Source of the DNA: Malacoraja senta | Taxonomy: Eukaryota | Assembly (NCBI GenBank): GCA_038087875.1 | Contig: CM075996.1 | Span: 8,310,001 to 8,374,000, forward strand | DNA length: 64,000 nt | Reading direction: 5' to 3' | Shown here: one piece after another, positions 40,691 to 51,232 of the stretch | Numbering within the stretch: the first letter of the stretch is position 1 | How the letters are laid out: every line of letters begins with the position of its first letter | Translations under genes and position numbers: made by a program | The notes under the pieces: generated by a model | What the model was told of the DNA's origin: nothing | Database searches by the model: none | What the model saw: the letters and a program-made list of their open reading frames with translations, nothing else

Positions 40691-41910
40691 AGGTTTCTCA
40701 TGAGAGATATGCAAACTGTTTGGCCTGACAGTAGGCTTCTGTATGGACCAGAGCTTGATTCGGGTGGCCTCACTTTGGTTCCTCTTTGCTGGGAAGGTAA
40801 ACTAGTTTTTCAAGTTGTCAATACCTTTGACTGGGTAAATTAAAACTCAATGTGCAAGTTCTCTACAGGTACAGGGAGCGTCTGTGGAGGGAGGAAAGTA
40901 TTAACACTTCAACAACGGCAATTGTAATAAGTTTCCGATTGATGATCTTTGTCCTGATTGACGAAAGGTCATGAACCTAAAACCTTAACTCCATCGCTCT
41001 CCGCAAATGCTGCCTGAACTGCTGAATATTTCGGCCTTTTCTGTTGTTTTATTTCAGATTTTGCATTTGGGCTACCTTTTTAGGGGACTTATTACTAAGA
41101 GAGTAAATAAAACATGACCCACAGTTAGCGGACAAACACCGAATGATTTGGGAATATGGGCTGAGGTCATATCATCACACTGCAATCCCAAGAGGAAGTT
41201 TGGTCTAAGCTCATTAATTATGAAAAGCACATGATGGATATCTGAAAGAGGGAGAGCTGGGAAAAGTATTACAGCTGCTCCTCAACTTACGATGGGGTTA
41301 CGTTCCGATAAACCCATCGTAAATCCAAAATTTCGTAAGTCGAAAATATACCTAACCTACCAAACATTCTCTCTCTTCTGATAAGGCTGGAGAATAGTGG
41401 GAGAGGGCACTGGGGCATCGACACCTGTTGATTGTTTAGTATGCATAGTGTTCTTCAGGAAGATATCAAGTTTTGAGTGTACAGCTTGTTTCTTCTTTTC
41501 ATCCTATATTTCTCTATAGCAGGCAAGAGCATCCTGAATCTGCCCGTCAATGTTTGCCGATCTCTCGTAATGGACATCCATTTCTTCCAACATCCGTACA
41601 CCTCTGCTGATGGCACCAAACGCCTCCGGCAGTTTCTTTGTTGTGAACATTTTCGGTGCCTCGGGTGTAACTTCTTCTTCCTCTGCCTCGGCTTCTTTAC
41701 TTCTTACTTCCTCCAGTTCGATCAGCTCCTCATTGGAAAGTTCTTCAGCCTCAATGCCAACGAGCTCATGAATATCATCTTCATCAATGTCCAATACTAG
41801 CTGGTTTCCCAAGCACTAATATCTTGCTACTTATTGTATCATCAATAGCAGAATCTTTGTGGAAGCCTTTGAATGTGCTCGCAAATGTCTTCATAACTTT
41901 CTTCCAAACG

Positions 41911-42005
41911 GTCTGAAGAAGGGTTTCGGCCCGAAACGTTGCCTATTTCCTTCGCTCCATAGATGCTGCTGCACCCGCTGAGTTTCTCCAGCATTTTTGT
42001 GTACC
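41911..42005 (+). mobile_element. Solo pLTR with hammerhead core (41913-41940) inside the Tigger
   Basis: CTGAAGAAGGGTTTCGGCCCGAAACGTT. Confidence 0.8.
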
Positions 42006-42074
42006 GCCGCTCATGCATTGCTGTGTGACTTCTTCCCGTGCTGCAGCGATGTTCCGGATAGCATTTAGAATGTT

Positions 42075-42605
42075 TTATTTATTTTTTATTTTATTAGAAG
42101 CAGTTGTACACAGATAAAACATTCGGCATCTAGAATTATATAATTATTGTACAGCTTCATTTTTAACCTTATAACCTAAATTATAAAAAGGAAAGAAAGG
42201 AAAAAGTAAGAAAAAAAAGAAGTAAAAAGTGAAAAGATAAAGGAGAACATGAAAAAGTCCCCTAAACTACCAAAGCTGTGTGGCAGAAAGATAGAAGAAT
42301 AAGAAAAAAAGAAAAATGGAGATATACCTTGCACCTTGCCCCTCCCCCCGCCTTACCCAACCTGGCATCGGATTTAAATTAAAATTTGTGTTTCAACATA
42401 CTATTGTTGTAAGAATTCAGTAAAGGGTGTCCATGTCTTAAGAAATTGATCTGTTTTTTCCGCCAAGACAAGCCTAATATTTTCCAAATGTGTCTCGGAC
42501 ATATCTGTGATACACATCTTCACTGTAGGGACTGTTGTCTGTTTCCAAAATTTGAGTATTAATTTTTTCGCCGTTATTAGGCCATAGTTAAGGAAACGTC
42601 TTTAA
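42075..42605 (-). mobile_element. L1-clade 3' end inside the Tigger
   Basis: Minus strand reads AKKLILKFWKQTTVPT..FLKTWTPF; A-rich tail; 13-bp TSD CATTTAGAATGTT at 42062-42074 and 42606-42618. Confidence 0.8.
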
Positions 42606-43003
42606 CATTTAGAATGTTAAAACCTTTCCATAACTCTCGGAGTGTTTGGCCAGATTCCGTCGCTTCAGCAGCCTGCGCAAACGTTTGGCGTAAATAGCAG
42701 GCTTTGAGCGCAGCTATTGCGCCTTGGTCCATTGGTTGAATGAGTGCGCTTGTGTTTGGCGGCAAATGCACAACCTTTACATCGGGATGCATGTCGCCGA
42801 TATGCTGCGGATGGCCTGCAGCATTATCCAAGATCAGAAGAATTTTGAATGGGATGTTGTTTTGCCTACAATATTCTCTTGCCTGCGGAATAAAACAGTT
42901 TAGAAACCGGCCTTCAAACAATGCTAATGTCAGCCAGGCTTTCTTGTTATGGCGATAATAAACGGGAAGCGTATGCTTGCTCACATTCTTCAATGCTCTA
43001 GGG

Positions 43004-44194
43004 CAGTGCTTCTTAAACTATGTCAGTGTCATTCACCCTTGAGTCTTTATCACAAAATTTCATTCACACACGACTAAATTTTCTTATGTTTTTTGGTAAT
43101 TTTCATCCCTTCTGCATAATTTTATATATCATTTATTTTGTCACATAAGCCAAAAACATAAAATTAACTCATTACTTAAGTGTTTATTTTATTCAACTTT
43201 TTGAATATCCTAAAAATATGTAAAGAAAACTAGGAGTGAAAAAAAAAAGTTTAAATACCACTGGAGTTAGAAAATCATTCTATTAGAATGAATTAAAAAA
43301 AACATTCCAACGTCTACCCCAGGGGTGGGGAACCTTTCATGGTGGAATGCCGCATTAAGTTAGCTGTAATCTAATAAGGCCGCATCCAAGAAACTTCAAT
43401 TAGATATACTTCAAAATGTACATTATTTTGTTAAAATAGCCCTCATGACTTACTAATGTATTAATTGTGTCCGTCAGTCGGGGAGGATTATTTCGTTGAA
43501 TCTTCATTTACTCTTTGGTATTTTAAATACGTTAATTTTAAGATTAAAATAAAAATAATAAAAGATGAACAAAAACATAATAATAATAAAAAGATTTGTT
43601 CTACAAAATTTGGATTCATTCAAAAGGTCGCACTTAATGGCTTAGAAGGCGCATGCGGCCTTAAGGCCGCAGGTTTCCCACCCCTGGTCTAAACACTGGG
43701 CTTCAGCCCCATCCGACCCTTTTGGGCTTTGATTACTTCCGTTTTTTCTTGGAAAACAAACTCAAAAAACCATGGAATATGTGATTTAATATATTAGTAC
43801 CCAACTAATATAACATTCTATAACTCTCCCCGAAGAAAGCTCACAACACCACCAAATATCACTTGCCATTTATAATTTATGATCCCACTAGCTCATCTGG
43901 TCTTCCCTAAAAGGTTATATTACAGTAAATTTGGGAAATATCCTGCTACTTTGAAATTAGAAAACCACAGGTAGAGAGAAAAAAACATATCAAATTTCCA
44001 GCTCCACAGCCATTAAAACCAATAAGAGCTTACTAACCACTTTAATGGCAATGCCTTTTTTAAGTATAGAAAACAGTATATAAATATCTGAATAAATTAA
44101 GTTATTCACCCTTCATTCACCCCTCTAGTTTCATTCACCCCAAAATAATTTCATTCGCCCTTGGGTGAACCACTCACCAGTTAAGAAAGCACTG
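43004..44194. mobile_element. Non-autonomous hAT (Charlie-like) element inside the Tigger
   Basis: TIR CAGTGCTTCTTAAACT / AGTTAAGAAAGCACTG; 8-bp TSD CTCTAGGG / CTCTTGGG. Confidence 0.85.
43320..43686. mobile_element. hAT MITE nested in the hAT element
   Basis: TIR CAGGGGTGGGGAACCT / AGGTTTCCCACCCCTG; TSD GTCTACCC / GTCTAAAC. Confidence 0.8.
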
Positions 44195-45597
44195 CTCTTG
44201 GGTTCTCCGAGTGGTAGAATAGTAAAGGCTTTAATTTGAACCCTGCATCATTTCCACCCAAAGCAGCATTACACACGGTCTTGGCATGCCTTGAATCCTG
44301 GCATTGTCTTGGACTCTTGATGAATGTATGTGCGCTCCGGGCATACGCTTCCAGAACAAGCCCATTTCATCGGCATTGAATATTTGTTCTGGCAAATATT
44401 TCTCATCCACAATTATCCTACGCAGCTCTTCCTTTCAAAGCTTTGGCAGCGTCAGTATCGCCACTTGCCGCTCACCGCTGACCTTCACATTATGAAAAAT
44501 TATGACGCCTTTTGAAGCGTTGCAACTTGCTGCAAACACTTGCGTATACGTAAGATCATCGGCACGCTCTTTTAGCGTATCGAAAAGACTTCTTGCCTTA
44601 GCCCCGGATCATCAGTAGGCTACGGTATGCGCTTCTGTACTTCCTCCAGTTCCACGTGACAAGTAATCTCCTATATCATCAATCGGCCCAGCTCTTTTCT
44701 TCGTGATGCTGACGATTTCACTGCATCACTGATTCGCTTCTAATCCTTTAAGATGGTCGAGATCGTCGATTGTGAAAATCCTAACTTGCGTGCGATGGCC
44801 ATTACTGGCTTGCCGCCTTCCACGCTGGCCATTATCTTGAGTTTCATCTCAAGAGTAATTGCCTTCCTCTCCTTCGTCTCACCAGAAGCAGGAGACACAG
44901 ATGGGCGTTTTGTAGACATGATGGGATGCAACAACACAAAACACAATACACTGTATCCACAAAACGCTGGCAACACAGTCCACTGTAGAGTATCGGCTGT
45001 TTACACCCATGATCGCGTGGCTGACTGGGAACTGCGGCTCGCTGCCGCTGCCCAGCGTCACGAGAGAGTACTGTACCCGCATATCGCCAGCCCGGGAAAA
45101 GATCAAAATTCAAAGTACGGGTTCTACTGAATGTGTATCGCTTTTGTACCATCGTAAAGTCGAAATATCGCAAGTCGAAGCATCGTAAGTCGAGGACTAT
45201 CTGTATTTGGAGAGGTTTTATTTGTCCTTGCGGAAATGGATGTGGTGAGATTTGAGGTTTTAAAGTTGTCTCTGGAAGAAATTATAGGTGCAGTTAATAA
45301 ATATAGGAGCAGAATTAGGCCATTTGGCCCATGAAGTCTCCTCCACCATTCAATCATGGCTGATCTATCTTTCCCTCTCAACCCCATTCTCCTGTCTTCT
45401 CCCCATAAACCCTGACACCCATACTAATCAAGAAACTGTTGAGCTACAATTCTGAGAACTATGATTAAGAAGAACTGCAGATGCTGATAAAATCAAAGGT
45501 AGACACAAAATGCTGGTGAAACGCAGCAGGTGAGGCATCATCTATGGAGAGAAGGAAATAGGCGACGTTTCGGGTCCTGTCAGGCCCTGTACTAGAG

Positions 45598-46228
45598 CTC
45601 TCTCCCTCTCTCCCTGGGCTCTCTCCGCTTTTCGCAGCCCGCTCGCTCGCCAGCTCCCCTCCTCCTCTACTCCCCCCTCCACCTCTTCCCCCCCTCCTCT
45701 TCTCCCCCTCCTCCTCTCCCCTCCACTCTCTTCCTCCCCCCTCTCCCCCTCCTCTCTATCCCCCTCTCTCTCTCTCCCCCTCTACTTTCCCCCCTCCCTC
45801 CCCTCCCTCCCCTCTCCCCTCCCTCCTCCCTCCGCTCTACCCCCCTACCCCGCCTCTCCCCCCTCTCTCTCCATCCCCCTCCCCCCATCTGCCCCCTCCC
45901 CACTACCTCCCCTCCACCCTTCTCCACCCCTGCCTCCTCCCCCTTCACCTCACCCCCTTCACCTCTCCCCCCTCCTCTTCTCCCCGCTCCCTCCCTCCCT
46001 CTCCTATCTCTCCCCTCTCTCCCCTCCTCTCTACCACCCTCCTCTCCCTCTACTCTCTCCACCCTCCCCACTACCCCTCCTCCACCCCCCTCCCCCCTCC
46101 CTTTCCCCCTCCCTTTCCCCCATCCTCCTACTCTCTCTCCCCCTTCCTCTCTCTCCCCTCCTCCTCTCTCCCCCCTCCCCTCCCCCCCCTCCCTCCCCCC
46201 CCTCCCCTCTCCCCCTCCTCTCTCCCTT
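45598..46228. repeat. ~630-bp polypyrimidine/polypurine low-complexity tract
   Basis: Almost exclusively C/T on the plus strand. Confidence 0.95.
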
Positions 46229-46253
46229 GGTCTAGACATATATATATTATATA

Positions 46254-46345
46254 CTAGACCAAGGGGGACCCGTTGGGTCCCGTCCCCCCAACGCCACAGT
46301 TGCGGGGGGGGTGCGGCGTCACACACACACACTAACCACATATAT
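46254..46345 (-). mobile_element. Helitron-like 3' terminus
   Basis: GGGACCC-AAC-GGGTCCC hairpin (46265-46281) just upstream of CTAG|T. Confidence 0.55.
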
Positions 46346-46779
46346 ATATATATGTGTGTATGAAAAGCAGAAAGCATCTGCCAAGGAATGCAGATACTGT
46401 TCTCCAGTCAGCAAAGTGATTCAAGCTTGACAGGTCGTGGCGAGTACAAAGTGTATGCTCTTCCTGTCCTGGATGTGTAATGCACAGCCTTTAAATGTAA
46501 AACCTCTGACACAGATGAGTTCATCCACTGTCAAAGCAAAAGCTGCAAGGATCTGCAAAAATCACTCTCAGCCCTGTCCCTTGTGTGTGCCCCCACCAAC
46601 CCCTCCTCCCCTATCTCTACCTGGATACCCCTATATTTGAGCTTGGACTTTTAAGGATTTTAGCACAACTGTAGCTGATTTGGCCTCTTCCAGACTCAGT
46701 TTGTGCTCAAATACAAAAGAACTTATGGTGAGCTCTTCTTCCTTTAATCATTGTGGGCATATCCACCAGTTCAGCCTAA

Positions 46780-47182
46780 AGGGCCTGTCCCACGAGCATG
46801 CGACTGCATGCGGCAAGCGCGACCTAACCGGAAGCGAGGGCCGCGCGGAGGTCGAGTGATTGACGTGAAGTTCGAGCGAAGTCCGCGGGAAGTTCGCGCG
46901 TGACATACGGCGTCAAGATGCTGTGTACGGCGTCGAGACGCTGCGCACGCCCGTCGGGACGCTGCGTACGGCGTCGAAGTGGCTGCAGGCCGGCAGGCCA
47001 TTGCCGTGCGGGATTTTTGACAGTGTCCGTTTTTCGGACCCGCGCGATGTCGGGACTAGCTCCGCACAACTCCATACGGCTCCGGCGATTGAAGTGGGAC
47101 CGGCCCCGCGAGGCCGTCGGCTCAAGCGACCACGTTAGGCCGCGCTTGCCGCATGCAGTCGCATGCTCGTGGGACAGGCCTT
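46780..47182. mobile_element. Harbinger-like MITE (family D), CpG-rich, ~50-bp TIRs
   Basis: AGGGCCTGTCCCACGAGCATGCGACTGCATGCGGCAAGCGCG and its reverse complement. Confidence 0.85.
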
Positions 47183-47649
47183 TCGGTTTTTTTTCCCCAA
47201 ACTTATGCCTTGTTCATATGCAGTAAATACAATTGGGACAGGTCGTTCTTCTCCAAGGCAATTAAAAATTTCCTCTGACAATGACTATTTCAGCCATTGT
47301 TTGTTTCAGAGTGCGATGGGGCAGGGATAAGAACAGAAGTTGTAGGAAGAGGAGTAGGCCATTTGCCCCTTGTATTTGCTCCACTTTCATTTGGATCATG
47401 GTTGATCTTTAACTGCAGTATAGATTTCCCCATAAAGCCCATATCCCATGATATCCCTTAATATCCATGTCCATGAATCTCTGTCCAGAATATACCAAGT
47501 AACTGAGGCACCACAACGCTCTAGTGTAGACATTTCCAAATATCTCATTCTAACGGATGTAGTGAGGTATTGACCAGACCTCTTCTAAATAGCCAATCCT
47601 TTATTTTGAAGGGCAATTCCTCTAACGCGGAACATCATTCCGAATCAGT

Positions 47650-47677
47650 CTGAAGAAGGGTCTCGACCCGAAACGTC
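47650..47677 (+). ncRNA. Minimal hammerhead ribozyme core
   Basis: CTGAAGAAGGGTCTCGACCCGAAACGTC, intact. Confidence 0.7.
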
Positions 47678-47759
47678 ACCCATTCCTTCTCTCCAGAGAT
47701 GCAGCCTGTCACGCTGAGTTACTCCAGCATTTTGTGTCTATCATTCCTGCATCTATCTT

Positions 47760-48390
47760 CAGACTTTAGAGATACAGCACAGAAACAGGCCCTTCAGTCC
47801 ACCGAGTCCGTGTCGACCAGTGATCACTCTGTATATTAGTATAAAACACACCAGGGACAATATTCACAACTTAAGGGCCTGTCCCATTTACGCGATTTTA
47901 TCGGCGACTTGTCGGCACCCATCATAGTCGCAAGCAGGTGGCCGAACATTTTCAACGTGTTGAAAATCCAGCAGCGACCAGAAAAAGGTACGACTCTTTG
48001 GGCGACTACTCACGTCACCCCGCGTCACCCGCGACATGTCGACACGTGATGCATGTACGGTCGTGAGTAGTCTCCCAAAGAGTCGTACATTTTCTGGTCG
48101 CTGCTGGATTTTTAACATTTTGAAATATTCCGGCCACCTGCTGCGACTATGTCGGGTGCCGGCAAGTCGCCGAAAAAAACGTGTACGTGCGACAGGCCCT
48201 TTAGCGAAGCCAATTAACCTACAAACCTGCACATCTTTGGAGTGTGGAAAGAAATCGGAGTAACCGGAGAAAACCCACACGGTCACAGGAGAACATACCA
48301 ACAACGTACAGATATGACCCAGAGTCAGGATTGAGCCTGGGTCTGTGGCACTGCAAGGCAGTAGCTGTACAGTTGTGCTACTGTGCTGCC
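47760..48390 (-). mobile_element. HE1-like SINE interrupted by a MITE
   Basis: SINE halves flank 47874-48200. Confidence 0.8.
47874..48200. mobile_element. Harbinger-like MITE (family B)
   Basis: TIRs; perfect TTA TSD at 47871-47873 and 48201-48203; whole element is palindromic. Confidence 0.85.
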
Positions 48391-48629
48391 CTTTTTTAAA
48401 ACATGCATGACTGTTTTACCAGTTTACCAGAACCAAGCCACGTGCAAGTTTTGCAATTCGATGAGGTCTCCTTTTCTTGAAATCTTTCCAGCGTATATGC
48501 CCAGTGTTTTTAATCTCTCCTCATACAATAAACTGCCCACTGTTGGAATCCATTTTGTAGAACTTGGTTCTGGTCTTATCACAAGTATATCCTTCCCTGT
48601 TTCGGGAAAGCAGACTTGTACAGACTTCC

Positions 48630-49504
48630 AAGGTACACAAAAATGCTGGAGAAACTCAGCGGGTGCAGCAGCATCTATGGAGCGAAGGAAATAGGTAACG
48701 TTTCGGGCCGAAACCCCTTCTTCAGACTGATAGGGGGTGGGGAGAAGAAAGGAAAAAAGAAAAAGGCGGAGGAGGAGCCCGAGGGCTGGAGGAGGGGAGG
48801 AGACACCAGATGGCTGATGAAGGGGAGGGGACAGCAAGGGCTAGCAGAATTGGGAGAATTCAATGTTCAAACCCCCCAGGATGTAGACTGCCCAAGCGGA
48901 ATATGAGGTGCATTTCCTCCAATTTACGGTGTTGCTCGCTGTGGCCAAGGAGGAGACCCAGGACAGAGAGGTCAGATACGGAATGGGAGGGGGAGTTGAA
49001 GTGCTGAGCCACCGGGAGTTCAGGTGGTTATTGCGGACCGACCGGAGGTGTTCAGCGAAACGATCGCCAAGCCTCCGCTTGGTCTCACCGATGTAGATCA
49101 GCTGCATCTAGAGCAGCGAATGCAATAGATGAGGTTGGAGGAGATGCAGGTGAACCTCTGTCGCACCTGGAACGACTGCTTGGGTCCTTTGAATGGAGTG
49201 GGAGGGGGGAGGTGAAGGGACAAGTGTTGCATCTCTTGCGGTGCAAGGGAAAGTACCAGGGGAGGGGGTGGTATGGGAGGGAAGGGAAGAATTGACAAGG
49301 GAGTTACGAGGGAGCGGTCTTTGCGGAAGGCAGACATGGGGGGAGATGGGAAGATGTGGCGCGTGTGTGGGGTCACGTTGGAGGTGGCGAAACTGACGGA
49401 GGATCACTTGTTGTATGTGACGGCTGGTGGGGGTGAAAGGTGAGGACTAGGGGGGACTCTGCCCTTGTTGTGAGGTGGGGGGGATGGGGAGAGAGAGTAG
49501 TGTT
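48630..49504 (-). mobile_element. Penelope-like element 3' portion running into the gap
   Basis: PLVLTFHP, ILRQFRHLQRDPT, RFTCISSNLIYCIRCSRC, YIGETKRRLGDRFAEHLRSV, then pLTR. Confidence 0.9.
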
Positions 49505-49704
49505 NNNNNNNNNNNNNNNNNNNNNNNNNNNNNNNNNNNNNNNNNNNNNNNNNNNNNNNNNNNNNNNNNNNNNNNNNNNNNNNNNNNNNNNNNNNNNNNN
49601 NNNNNNNNNNNNNNNNNNNNNNNNNNNNNNNNNNNNNNNNNNNNNNNNNNNNNNNNNNNNNNNNNNNNNNNNNNNNNNNNNNNNNNNNNNNNNNNNNNNN
49701 NNNN
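49505..49704. other. Assembly gap (200 N)
   Basis: Run of N. Confidence 1.
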
Positions 49705-50295
49705 CTACGAGGAAGGGTTTAATTGATAACCTGTTCAAAAGGAGCCGTTAGTTATTTGTACTGGTATTGATTCATTGTTGCCACTTGTACCAAGATACAG
49801 TGAAAGGATTTTGTTTACATCCTACTGAATTGAATTAAATTAGATAATAGTGTAGCCATGCAGATGTACAGTGGGTCAGAGAGTCATACAGTATGGAAAC
49901 AGGCCCTTCGGCCCAACTTGCCAACACTACCCCATCGTGTTCCAGCTACACTAGTCCCACCTGCCTGCGTGCGATGCGATAGTCCCTGCCTCAACTACCT
50001 CTTGCGGCAGCTCGTTCCATACACCCACCACCATTTTAAATTTACCCCTCAGATTCCTATTAAATCTTCCCCCCTTCACCTCAAACCTGTGTCTTCTGGT
50101 TCTCGATTCGCCTACTCTGGGCAAGAGACTCTGCATCTACCCGATCTAATCCTCTCATAGTTTTGTGTAAAAAAAGTTACCCCTCAGAATTCTACTAAAT
50201 TTTTCCCCCTTCACCTCAAACCTATGTCCTCTGGTCCTCGATTCCCCTACTTTGGACAGGAGATTCTGCATCTTCCCGATCTATTCCTCTCATGA

Positions 50296-50437
50296 ACTTC
50301 TTCTTCTTGCGTATGGCGTGCACAGCCAAAAGTTGCAGGACAACTTGTTCTATTTGATCTTATTTGATTGTGCACGCCAGGTTGATTGCATTCGTCGAAA
50401 CAGGGCGGACCACATGAAGGTTGCAATCTTCCACCCC
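50296..50437 (-). mobile_element. 142-bp non-autonomous retroposon (Ingi/Vingi-like) with a 5' ribozyme fold and (GAA)n tail
   Basis: TSD CTCTCATGA at 50287-50295 and 50438-50446; 3' end ..CCATACGCAAGAAGAAGAAG. Confidence 0.8.
50384..50437 (-). ncRNA. Minimal HDV-like (CPEB3-type) self-cleaving ribozyme candidate
   Basis: GGGGUGG-AA-GAUUGCA-ACC-UUCAUGU-GGU-CCGCCCU-GU-UUCGA-CGAA-UGCAAUC: P1 7 bp with G1-U, P2 7 bp, P3 3 bp, L3, J4/2 C. Confidence 0.8.
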
Positions 50438-50759
50438 CTCTCATGATCTGAGACACCTCTATAAGATCACCCCTCATCCTCATCCTCATCCTCCTGTGCT
50501 CCAAGGAATAGAGCAAAGAGAAAAATATCAGCGTGCAGAATATATTTTTGCTGCATTGCAGCATTGCAGTTCCAGAGAAAAAGTCCACTATCCATATTGA
50601 GGTAGGCTGGAAGATCGGGGGGGGGGGGGGGGAATTCCAGCTTAGGGGAGAATGATCATAATGTCTCAAATTTGATGCTGAGTTTGGAAAGGAAAGGAGC
50701 TCAATCTAGAACTGGGGAGTTCAGTCTGAAATAAGGACACCGAAGGGTGTGAGTGTTTA

Positions 50760-51060
50760 TTTTAGGTTTTTTTAGAGATACAGTGTGTAAACAGGCCCTT
50801 CGGCCCACCAAGTCCACGCCAACCAGTGATCACCCCGTATACTAGTTCTATCCTACACCCTAGGGACAATTTGCAGAGGCCAATTAAACTACAGAACTGT
50901 ATGTCGTTAGAATGCAAGAGGAAACCGAAGCACCCAAAGAAATCCCACGTGGTCACGGGGAGAACGTACAAACTCTGTACACACAGCACCCGTAGTCAGG
51001 ATCGAAGTCGTGTCTATGGCGCTGTGAGGCAGCGACTCTACCGCTGCGCCACCATGCCGC
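50760..51060 (-). mobile_element. HE1-like SINE
   Basis: Full length. Confidence 0.85.
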
Positions 51061-51232
51061 AGTTGCAGGGGGAAATAGATCGAAAGATGTGACACTGGAC
51101 AGGTAGTGACAAGCATTGAAAATAATACAAGGCACAAGCCCACAGGACAAATGTGACCTATTCATGGCTGACAAGATCCTCAAAGACGTTCAGAAAGGAA
51201 GAGGGAATCAGAGGGAATTATGTCAACTCTAC

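Larger units (their letters stand above)
41272..45203 (-). mobile_element. Tigger/pogo-family DNA transposon (decayed transposase, nested insertions)
   Basis: TIRs CAGCTGCTCCTCAACTTACGATG / CATCGTAAGTCGAGGACTATCTG with TA flanks; MSTKR..RKAITLEMKLKI (CENP-B-type HTH, ATG at 44919), KILLILDNAAGHP..LPPNTSALIQPMDQG (DDE), ELSNEELIELEE. Confidence 0.92.
49875..50512 (-). mobile_element. CR1 3' fragment with internal duplication, hosting a short retroposon
   Basis: ESRTRRHRFEVKGGRFNRNLRG..; duplicated segment at about 50165-50295. Confidence 0.8.

Noticed and set aside
41272..45203. Domesticated TIGD/CENP-B-like host gene
   Set aside because: TIRs and TA flanks are present, and the ORF is broken by frameshifts and four insertions.
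45667..46377. 236-aa G/E/R-rich ORF
   Set aside because: It is simply the translation of the purine strand of the low-complexity tract.
50384..50437. Ortholog of the mammalian CPEB3 intronic ribozyme
   Set aside because: The fold is similar, but it lies in a TSD-flanked insertion within a CR1 fragment and no CPEB3 exon is visible.
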